Assembly: GCF_965641715.1 (NCBI RefSeq)
Contig: NZ_OZ282453.1
Source: Escherichia coli
Lineage (GTDB): Bacteria; Pseudomonadota; Gammaproteobacteria; Enterobacterales; Enterobacteriaceae
Strand: one strand, 5' to 3'
DNA length: 64,000 nucleotides
In this document: positions 10,360 through 18,349 of the stretch, piece by piece
Numbering within the stretch: the stretch's first letter is position 1
Layout: each line of letters opens with the position of its first letter
Notes under the pieces: model-generated
What the model was told of the DNA's origin: nothing
Database searches by the model: none
What the model saw: only the letters and a program-made list of their open reading frames with translations
Made by a program: the position numbers and the translations under genes

Positions 10360-10836
10360 TTAGTTCATGAGGAGATCTTTAAATTCGACGCCGTATTCAT
10401 GGGCAATGTCGCCTCTATAGTAGATGTTATCTTTCAGGATATATCCGACGTTTCTCAGGACGTGAGAACACTCTCTTACTGCTGCCTCTTTACCCCTTAA
10501 AACATCCTCCCCGCTAACTTCTTCGCCGCTGTACTTCACTGCGATGTTGTCTGCTGCACGCTCTGCTGCTTCCAGGCAATTAATCTTCACTTTTCCCCGA
10601 TTCTCCCAGGCAAAATCGCGGCCATAAATCCCCATTGCATCAACCATCTTTTGCGCAGTAGTGCGCTCATCCACCCATTCAGTGCGTTCGAACTTCTCGC
10701 CAGCAGCTACCCTTGCCGCCAGTTGTTCGTGTTGAGTCTGTACGGCCGCAGCCTCTTCTTCCCATTTGCCTTGCTCGTTGTATACGATGAAGCCAGTGAT
10801 GACTGCAGCGATTAGTAACTTGTCCAGAAAATTCAT
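10360..10836 (-). CDS. Hypothetical membrane-anchored protein (158 aa, N-terminal hydrophobic helix)
   Basis: ORF translation MNFLDKLLIAAVITGFIVY...; strong AGGAGGA RBS upstream of ATG. Confidence 0.5.
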   Translation of the reverse strand: MNFLDKLLIAAVITGFIVYNEQGKWEEEAAAVQTQHEQLAARVAAGEKFERTEWVDERTTAQKMVDAMGIYGRDFAWENRGKVKINCLEAAERAADNIAVKYSGEEVSGEDVLRGKEAAVRECSHVLRNVGYILKDNIYYRGDIAHEYGVEFKDLLMN

Positions 10837-11089
10837 AGCTTCCTCCTATCTGTTCAATTACCCGGCATCTCTTGCCGTTGAACGTATTAAACAAAATGCC
10901 AGTCAGGGATAAAGCGATCTGCGTCATAAAGTCCATCCCCCATCTCATTGATATTGATGGGAGATTGTTTAATTGGTCAGAAATTAAGCGTTTATGTGCG
11001 CTGCCGGGTATCCACCTCCTATCTGAAGATGGAAAGATGGGTGATATAATGTGATGGCAATTGGTGGATTGCGTGGTTTTTACAATGAT

Positions 11090-11120
11090 AAGGGGCTGGC
11101 GTAATGCTGGCCCCTTTGTT
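11090..11120 (+). terminator. Plus-strand-specific hairpin plus T-run (candidate terminator of a short plus-strand transcript)
   Basis: aggggctggc-gtaat-gctggcccc-tttgttt; stem needs G-U wobble pairs so folds only as plus-strand RNA. Confidence 0.3.
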
Positions 11121-11356
11121 TATCCGGTATCCGGTATCCGGTATAAGCGGGCGTGTATCCGGTAGCGGGGATATGGGCGCGTGTACGTGAAATCTGGCAA
11201 ATTAGCAGGGTAATTGTGAGGGAATTTTTGCGTAGGAGCGTTTGTGGCTGGTAGCTCAAAATTGAGCTTTGCTTTTCATTCAATGACTTAGGTTAATTCT
11301 AGCAAAACGCTAGGATTGAATGTCCGCCAGTCTGCTTCCCCTAGCGTGGGATTTGG

Positions 11357-13723
11357 TCAACGTCTGCGCGGCTGCAAAATTCCTCCGGGTCGTTGTGATT
11401 CACGCTGCATCAGTCGCATCGCTGTGTTTTCTATGGTCTGCTGCAGCGCTTTTGAGTCTTCCTCTGTCCAGCCGTTGTTAGCCTGGATGTTGAACGTATT
11501 GTTCATCGTGATTCCGCCACCGCCTACCAGATCGCGGCCCGGTGTAACTCGTCCACCTTCACCCGGGATCATGTACTGTTTCCCGCCAGTGGATGTAAAT
11601 AGCTCCGGTACTCCGTGCTCCCCGACCCTATAAAGATTGCCACCGTTAACAGCCCCGCCGTTGTAACGAGCGCCAGCCAGTCCAAGCGTTTTGGCGGCAG
11701 CTACGCCAGTAGTAAGCCCGGTAAGTCCAGTGGCCCCAGCGCCGCCCATCGTGGCTACGTTAGCCAGGTATGCAGGAGTGGCCCACGCCGATCCTAATGC
11801 TGTAGCCTCTGCTAGTGCTTTAGCTGTTGCGGCTGCGTTTGCGGCTTCACCAATTAGCTGCTGTTTAACCCACTCAGCACCCATCTGGACAATGCCACCG
11901 ACCACAGAAGACAGGATCGTACTGCCAACGTTGGCAAGTGACTCTTGCAGCGATTGAGTACCGTTTATCAGTCCGGTAAATGCGCTGCCAGCGCCAGACG
12001 ATAACCCATCGACCATATTCCCGATGAGGCCATTTATATCGCTTTGTTTCTTCCACTGCTGCCACTGGAGATCCAGAACCCTTTGTTCATGTGCGATCTC
12101 TTCCTGGCGCAACTGCTCTTCGGTAGCCCCAAGATCTAGAAGCATTTGCTTGCGAACAGCCCATTCATTTTGGATCTTCTGTATTGGGTCAATCTGAGCT
12201 TTCTGCTTATCCTGCTCACTGACAAGACTGTCCCATTTCGCTTTCTGCTTGCGGATGGCTTCAGCTTCATCAATTGCTGCGAGTGTACTTGCTCGCTGTT
12301 TCGCGCTGATCAACCGTTTCTGCTCAGCCGCTTCCAGGTCTTCTACTGCTTTTTTCCGTTTATTGAGCGCCGCTAGTTCGGGATCGTATTTTTCCACCAA
12401 TGAAAGGCCGCTTGCTTCCTTACGTTCGCGTTCTCTTTGTGCCTGTTTGGCTGCCTGCTTAGCGGCGTTTTCTGCTTGTTTGGCTGCTCTTTCTTTCGCC
12501 CTGGTGTTCTCTTCTTCCTTGCGCTTATTCTCTTCTAACTCCTTGTTTTGTTCGCGTAATTTAACGATTTCCTCATGATGCGCCTTTGTCAGCTGGCCTT
12601 CTTTCAGTGCCCGATCTATATCAGCGTTTGCGTTGCCTTTTAGCTGTTCCTGTTTAACTTGCAGATGTTTAATCATCATTTCGCCAGTGGCAATCGCTGC
12701 CGCAGACGCTCCAGCATTCAGAGCTTCATTTAACGCTCTCTGACGTTCTTCTGCTGTTAATGCCTCGTTGCTGTATCGAAGTAGCGCATCAACGTATTTC
12801 TCCAGTTCTGCGCGGCCTGCCGCAGTTGCTGGTTCCATTGCTTTTAGGATGCTCAGAAGGCTTTGCGCTTCATAGGAAGACGGGTTTTTGCGGAACTGCG
12901 CCATAGCGTTATAAAGCGCCATAGCTTCACCCTCTGTGATTCTGTACTTAGCTCCCAGCCCTTCAATGACCGCTGATAACTGTTTGCCAAGCGCTGCACC
13001 GAATGCGCCTTCCTTGCTTAATTTGTTGAGCACTTCACTCAGTGAATTTCCTGACACGCCCAGCGCGTCGAGTTCTCTTGCTACCGTTCCCAGGTCGCCG
13101 CCTTTCATCCATCCTGCATTAGAAAATTCAGTGATAGCCCGGCCCGCTTCCCGCGTTTCTTCCTGGAGTGTTTTTAGCGCCCGCACGGCCTGCTCTTTCA
13201 TTACGGCGGCGGCAATGGCGTTGTTCTGTGTGGCTTCGTAATATGAATCACTGAAAGCGTTAACGCCCTGGGTGGATTTGCCGATCACGGCGTCGATTGA
13301 TGCTAATGCCTCCTTCATCCTTTCAGCGCTATCCGTTGCGTCGTCCATGCTGTCCGTTAGGCTGTTGGCAATCGCCCCGCCAATAGCCATCACCGCCCCC
13401 ATGACCGCACCGCCAGTACCGAAGGCAGCGGCAAGTTGTGCACCCTGCACAGCGAACGCCTGGAGCGCATTACCGCCCATCTGCAATTGAGTGGCAAGGT
13501 CTGCGATCTGGTATGATGCGTTACGGATTGCCGGGGAAAGGTTGGTTTTGACTGCGGCAGACGTTTTGGTCATCTGCGTGTTCAGTTTTTTGACGCCACT
13601 GTCAGCGCGTTTTGCGCCGCGTTCTATACTGTCAAAAGCCTGGTCCGCTTCTTGTTGTGCTGCCAGGAGTTTACCAGTACGGGCGTCGACCTCATAGTAT
13701 ATGGTCCCAAGATTCCCACTCAT
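11357..13723 (-). CDS. Phage tail tape-measure-like protein (788 aa)
   Basis: Long Ala/Gly/Gln-rich coiled-coil protein; C-terminal motif ...GGNLYRVGEHGVPELFTSTGGKQYMIPG... resembles the conserved C-terminal block of siphovirus tape-measure proteins. Confidence 0.6.
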   Translation of the reverse strand: MSGNLGTIYYEVDARTGKLLAAQQEADQAFDSIERGAKRADSGVKKLNTQMTKTSAAVKTNLSPAIRNASYQIADLATQLQMGGNALQAFAVQGAQLAAAFGTGGAVMGAVMAIGGAIANSLTDSMDDATDSAERMKEALASIDAVIGKSTQGVNAFSDSYYEATQNNAIAAAVMKEQAVRALKTLQEETREAGRAITEFSNAGWMKGGDLGTVARELDALGVSGNSLSEVLNKLSKEGAFGAALGKQLSAVIEGLGAKYRITEGEAMALYNAMAQFRKNPSSYEAQSLLSILKAMEPATAAGRAELEKYVDALLRYSNEALTAEERQRALNEALNAGASAAAIATGEMMIKHLQVKQEQLKGNANADIDRALKEGQLTKAHHEEIVKLREQNKELEENKRKEEENTRAKERAAKQAENAAKQAAKQAQRERERKEASGLSLVEKYDPELAALNKRKKAVEDLEAAEQKRLISAKQRASTLAAIDEAEAIRKQKAKWDSLVSEQDKQKAQIDPIQKIQNEWAVRKQMLLDLGATEEQLRQEEIAHEQRVLDLQWQQWKKQSDINGLIGNMVDGLSSGAGSAFTGLINGTQSLQESLANVGSTILSSVVGGIVQMGAEWVKQQLIGEAANAAATAKALAEATALGSAWATPAYLANVATMGGAGATGLTGLTTGVAAAKTLGLAGARYNGGAVNGGNLYRVGEHGVPELFTSTGGKQYMIPGEGGRVTPGRDLVGGGGITMNNTFNIQANNGWTEEDSKALQQTIENTAMRLMQRESQRPGGILQPRRR

Positions 13724-14012
13724 AATATCTTTATCCGCGTTGTGCGGACACCTCCGATTATTCTTTACTCTAATAATTTCACAATGAAACAGTTTATTGC
13801 CGCTTCAGTGGCTTCGTGTTCCGGTTTGCTTCGATCAATCACAAAAAATACAGCTTAATAGAATCAATGGCTTATAAAGTTGTATTAGCTATGTTTCTTC
13901 GTCCGTGCCACTGAAAACCCAGTTTTTCCAATGGAATCAATACTGATATGTATCCATACTGTTTTTCACATAATGTACGTTATGCGCACTACGGGAAACG
14001 TACTGAATTTAT

Positions 14013-14243
14013 TTACTGGTCGCCGTTCAGTTCATGCAGAGTCTGTTCTGGCAATGAATCCAGCCAGTTTTCTGCATCCTCCCTGTAACACTCCAGGATG
14101 CAACGGTTTGTGAAGTTGATGAAAGCGGTCAGTGATTCTGCTTCGTCGTTCCTGTGCGTTCTCCTGGCGTGCTTGCGTAGTCGTTTCGCGTCTGCCAGTT
14201 GGTCATTGAGTATCTTCAGTCTGTCGGCAATATCATCGTTCAT
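14013..14243 (-). CDS. Hypothetical small island protein (76 aa)
   Basis: ORF with GAGGGAGAG RBS upstream of ATG. Confidence 0.4.
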   Translation of the reverse strand: MNDDIADRLKILNDQLADAKRLRKHARRTHRNDEAESLTAFINFTNRCILECYREDAENWLDSLPEQTLHELNGDQ

Positions 14244-14378
14244 GTCGTCTCTCCCTCGCGCGCGCGTCGTACTTGTCCGAAAATTACCCCCATAAAAGCG
14301 CCCCTCATATAGTGCAAAATCCCGGCTGACGCGGATCTCAGTGGGTTTTAGCAGTGAAAACTGACATCAAAAACGGCT

Positions 14379-14426
14379 CGCTAAGGTCCGCTAAGTATCC
14401 GCTATCGTTCGCTAACCCCCCGCTAA
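14379..14426. repeat. Five direct CGCTAA/CGCTAT hexamers phased at 10-11 bp (candidate protein-binding array)
   Basis: Copies at 14379, 14389, 14400, 14410, 14421; one helical turn apart; intergenic. Confidence 0.5.
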
Positions 14427-14430
14427 CCTA

Positions 14431-14796
14431 TTAGATATCGCATCCAACGCTATTGAGCTGGCTATGTATATCGGCGCGAATTAACTTCAGGCGTTTACAA
14501 AATTCGCGTTCTTCCGAATTAAGCTCGCGGCCACCTTGTTTCGAGGCAATGAGCTTGTTGATGGTGGAAAGCGAATATTCACTCCATATACGAAGCATTT
14601 GTCGCTTCATTGGTTGCTCGCTCAATGGTGAGTTTTTCAGGTCTGACACGCGCTCTGCGACGGTTCTTGCGATGCCTTGTACCACTCGTAGTGCCAACAT
14701 GATGATTTTCTCCGGACTTGTGCTAATATAGTTCCCGAACATTGTTTCGAGACTGCTTATCCTGTTTGTCTTGTCCGATTTGTTCATTGGTCGCAT
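14431..14796 (-). CDS. Hypothetical island protein (121 aa)
   Basis: ORF only; weak RBS, so lower confidence. Confidence 0.35.
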   Translation of the reverse strand: MRPMNKSDKTNRISSLETMFGNYISTSPEKIIMLALRVVQGIARTVAERVSDLKNSPLSEQPMKRQMLRIWSEYSLSTINKLIASKQGGRELNSEEREFCKRLKLIRADIHSQLNSVGCDI

Positions 14797-14838
14797 TGTT
14801 AAGTCAGCCGGGGTAATTCCCGGCTTTCTTTTATCCGA

Positions 14839-15381
14839 TCAGTACCGAATCCCTATCGCATTGAATACGCGTTTCCGTTGCTCAGCTTCAGGATCGGCGG
14901 CCATTTCTGGTTCTGGCTCCGGCATAGACGGGGCGGCATCAAAATGCTCAATTTCACGACCGAAATACGAGTTCAGGTCAATACCTGCCGAACTATCCAC
15001 TCCATCAAAATAGCGACGCTGTTCCTCGGTGAGACAGCTACCCAGACGTTCCTCAACCTGCGCCATAAACTCAGCATCCGGTGAGAAGTACTCATCCGGA
15101 GTCGGAGCACCGCTCTGTTTGTGCATCTCCATTTTCTCTGCGTTCGTTTTCAGCCCGGCAATGCGTTTCTCCAGTCCGGCGGCTTTAATAGCGTCAGCAA
15201 CGATTTGTGGGATCTGCGGTTTAATTATTTCGATAACTTCATTGCTGATTAATTTAAACTGGGCCATACGGATCGCTTTAATCTGCTTATTTAACAGTGC
15301 GCGTTCCCCTTCGTTGGCGGTTTTATCACGCTGTGCTACCAGTTCATCGCCTTTGTTTGTCAGTACATCAAATGCGTCCAT
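14839..15381 (-). CDS. Hypothetical island protein (180 aa, acidic C-terminus)
   Basis: ORF with strong GGAGGAGG RBS. Confidence 0.5.
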   Translation of the reverse strand: MDAFDVLTNKGDELVAQRDKTANEGERALLNKQIKAIRMAQFKLISNEVIEIIKPQIPQIVADAIKAAGLEKRIAGLKTNAEKMEMHKQSGAPTPDEYFSPDAEFMAQVEERLGSCLTEEQRRYFDGVDSSAGIDLNSYFGREIEHFDAAPSMPEPEPEMAADPEAEQRKRVFNAIGIRY

Positions 15382-15398
15382 TGTCTTTCCTCCTCCGA

Positions 15399-15725
15399 TT
15401 ATTTAAAAGTGCTTATTGACACGCCGAAACGACGACTTAATTCAAAAAGGAGTCGCGCCTTTGCAGTGCCTTCCATGTCTTCCGGCATTTCAGACTGAAG
15501 TTTATCAGCTACTTCATCAACAAGTGGCCGAACCGTTTCCACGAACTTGTCCGCAATATAATCAGCAGAACGCATCACTTTTTCCTGGAATTCCTCACGG
15601 CGTACCTGGGCGGCTGATTTAGGGGCTGTCGTGCGCTGAAAATAACTGTCTAATGAATGCATGGCATCTGCTCCTTTTACTTTGATTGCTGTTATTTCTT
15701 TAATTGTGTTTGCTTTGATTTTCAT
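15399..15725 (-). CDS. Hypothetical island protein (108 aa)
   Basis: ORF with AAGGA RBS; tightly packed after upstream gene. Confidence 0.5.
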   Translation of the reverse strand: MKIKANTIKEITAIKVKGADAMHSLDSYFQRTTAPKSAAQVRREEFQEKVMRSADYIADKFVETVRPLVDEVADKLQSEMPEDMEGTAKARLLFELSRRFGVSISTFK

Positions 15726-15801
15726 GCTGCCTATTCCTTCAGAAATTGCGGTAGTTTGCTTTTTAAATCAATAAGTTATTTGATAATCTCAGTAGCTGTT
15801 T

Positions 15802-15993
15802 TCATTGGTGGCGAGCGCCTTTGTTTTTATAGAATTCCAAAATCTCAGATCGGATAAACTTAATTCTTGAGCCAATCGGACTGACCGGGACGGGCCAGCC
15901 TTTAATCTTGTTCATCCACCGGAATATTGTCCGACGGGTAACGCCGAATAAAGCTGCTACCTCGTTAACCGTCATTAATTCGCTATCATTCAT
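15802..15993 (-). CDS. AlpA/excisionase-family small HTH regulator (63 aa)
   Basis: Translation ...MTVNEVAALFGVTRRTIFRWMNK... matches AlpA-type prophage regulators; typical partner of P4-type integrases. Confidence 0.6.
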   Translation of the reverse strand: MNDSELMTVNEVAALFGVTRRTIFRWMNKIKGWPVPVSPIGSRIKFIRSEILEFYKNKGARHQ

Positions 15994-16280
15994 GTTCTCA
16001 CCTCAAAAAGTAGCGGTGAGGAAAATATGGAGAAAACCCTCACCGCGCCCTGAATGAAATTAAAGACCAACATTACTGTTGATACTTATTATTATATTCC
16101 TCCTGTCCCTGTTTCACATCTTTTACCATATAGTGAAAGGGGATATTCTGTAATGTTTACAAAACTTTTAATTAGCAAAAAATAATTGCGCATCTCACGT
16201 AATGCAGGGATAATATTACTCAAGGGCTGGTTGCCCTTACTCAAAATGTGATCTATAACTACAACGATCTATTTCACTTC

Positions 16281-16307
16281 CCCGCTTTCTCCGGCGGGAT
16301 TTTTTTG
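16281..16307 (+). terminator. Plus-strand intrinsic terminator-like hairpin within 600-bp noncoding stretch
   Basis: cccgc-tttctccg-gcggg followed by a ttttttt. Confidence 0.4.
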
Positions 16308-17122
16308 CCTGCAATCTGGCACCATTGCGCACATTAAAATTAGATGCCATTTAAAAGCGATATAACGCGTTCTGCCGGGCTTAATTTTGGCTATCCACTT
16401 GGAAGGGTAAGCCTGTTTTGATTCGTCTGGCGTGGAATGGTGCGGCGGTAATATCAGATCTCAGCGTTCTGCGTGGTGGGATGAAATAGCCTGGCAGGAT
16501 TTGCGTGTGGTTTGCTCTCCCAAAAAATGGGGTAATGGCGCTGGCTGGATGGCAGGACTCCGCGCTGATTACTGGATGGCTGAAAATTTAATGAAATCGC
16601 ATCAATTTTAATGCGTCTAAATCGCTCTGTGGCGACGTGAAGTTTTCAGGTAAGCAAGTGTAGCTGTGTGGTGTGTTCATCGCGTTACTGGCACCATTCC
16701 GTTCGAATTTGGCGCTATCAGGATGGTTTGCGGTGGTCGGCGGCGGGGATAAACTTGCTTGAGTGGTCACCTCAGCCTGCTGTGCGTCGTGTGATGGTAC
16801 TGTCTGCACCTGGCTATACGCTGCTTTGCTGCTGTTTCCTGTCTGGTCTGTATACGCGATAAAACCCATCGGCTTTACAGTGAGTGAGTTTTTTGCGCTT
16901 TGCTTTCCATTCGGTTTGCTTACTGCTGCTGTGTGTCTGTGCGGTAGCTCAGAAAGCTGTCGATGATAACCATCACTGCCAGACCGTCTTTTGAGCTGGC
17001 GATTGCTCGAAGTCTTCCGAAGGTCCGCTGGGCTTGTTGCTTGTTTGTGTTCTTTTAAAATGCGCGCCTCTTACTTTCTCTTAAAAAGAAAAAAGGAATA
17101 TACAGATCTCATACTATGTGTG

Positions 17123-17273
17123 TCCCAAATGTCACACGTCATGGCCTGACCTGTATCCCAAATGTCACACGTCACCCTCTGACCTGTATCCCAAATGTCA
17201 CACGTACCTGTGTCCCAAATGTCACACGTCTATTGTTAATTAATTGTTGACCTGTGTCTCAAATGTCACACGT
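17123..17273. repeat. Iteron array: five direct copies of TCCCAAATGTCACACGT (fifth TCTCAAATGTCACACGT)
   Basis: Copies start 17123, 17156, 17189, 17213, 17257; AT-rich block tattgttaattaattgttga between copies 4 and 5. Confidence 0.65.
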
Positions 17274-17338
17274 CTGTTGATGGTTTAAGTAATAAAAAGG
17301 GCCACCATTTTAGGTGACCCATTGATGCGTTTTAGTCG

Positions 17339-18103
17339 TTATCTTGCGTTCTCGACCTGAAAAAGCATTCTGTATTTTCTTGCGTGCTGACCAATAACAT
17401 ATTCCCCGTATGGCTCAATGAGTCCTAACTCAACCAGGATTTTCATCTGGCGAATTACGGTGCGGCGATTCATGCCCCATTCATCAGCTATTTTTGCCTG
17501 GCAAACTTCAGATACATAAGATCCATCATTCTGCTTTCTTGCTGCTGATGCAATGCTGGATAATACGCTCCAGGCTGTAGCTTTAGCTTTATTCTCGCAA
17601 CCACTTCTGACAAATGCCTTACGTGCCGCACCCAAACAGACATAACTGCAATAAATTCCTTTTTCTTCCGTTTGGTATTGTGTCTCTTTATCCTGCATGG
17701 CTTCCGGTTCTTCCGGCGCTTCCTGCTGTGGTGCTGTCTGCGAAGTTTTAGCGGCCATACTGCGTAGCTCGTTCACGATATCAGTAGCTGATTTCTTCTC
17801 GCTTTTAGTTTCCTGCGTGACTGATAAATACTCACCTTGTAACGCCAGGAAGTCAGCGCGGGCGTTTGCCTGGCTTTGTTCTGGTGATTCAGGTTCTGCA
17901 TCGGCAGGTGATGAAATCGGTGATACACGCGCCCAGCCTGTTTTGGCGTTGCATTCCCAGCGATAACCATTAAAGCGGATATCATTCAGGCCATCATCAA
18001 TGGCGCTCCGTACTTCTTCCGGGATCGCGTCGATTTTCTGAAGGCTGTGTTTACCGAGTGATTCGCCTTGCCGTGGGGCGTAGGCGGTTGGTAAAATATT
18101 CAT
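17339..18103 (-). CDS. Putative winged-HTH DNA-binding protein, candidate replication initiator or regulator (254 aa)
   Basis: C-terminal HTH-like segment ...GMNRRTVIRQMKILVELGLIE...; perfect AAGGAGA RBS; iterons immediately 3' of gene. Confidence 0.5.
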   Translation of the reverse strand: MNILPTAYAPRQGESLGKHSLQKIDAIPEEVRSAIDDGLNDIRFNGYRWECNAKTGWARVSPISSPADAEPESPEQSQANARADFLALQGEYLSVTQETKSEKKSATDIVNELRSMAAKTSQTAPQQEAPEEPEAMQDKETQYQTEEKGIYCSYVCLGAARKAFVRSGCENKAKATAWSVLSSIASAARKQNDGSYVSEVCQAKIADEWGMNRRTVIRQMKILVELGLIEPYGEYVIGQHARKYRMLFQVENAR

Positions 18104-18349
18104 GTGGGATTTCTCCTTTTTACTTGTTTCCCATATCGCCCGGATTGGTTAGCGGCCTTCCGGGCTTTTTGTTGCGTTGATCCTATTTTCGATCCCCGGA
18201 TTTTTTATTACAAACTTGGCTTAATCATTGATTTTATTGGTATAGCTGTATAAAAGGATAACAGGATAAAAGGGTGATAGATTGTGTAACCTGTTAACCT
18301 TTTATACCAGTAAGGCGAAAGAAAAGCCGGACGAATCCGGCCTTATAGT

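Noticed and set aside
10872-11054. 60-aa plus-strand ORF (TTG start) in the island
   Set aside because: No convincing RBS, non-ATG start, and the region is better explained as noncoding with a plus-strand terminator; kept only as a possible small transcript.
12146-13697. Several 60-110-aa plus-strand ORFs
   Set aside because: All antisense within the tape-measure-like gene; Ala/Ser-rich mirror frames of its repetitive coding sequence.
16588-16869. 93-aa minus-strand ORF between the iterons and the 600-bp gap
   Set aside because: Low-complexity Ser/Thr/Pro/Gln-rich translation, no RBS before the ATG, overlapped by equally long plus-strand ORFs; coding status unsupported.
17123-17273. Possible CRISPR array
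   Set aside because: Repeats are 17 bp with irregular spacers of 7-27 bp and there are no cas genes; the pattern fits iterons, not CRISPR.
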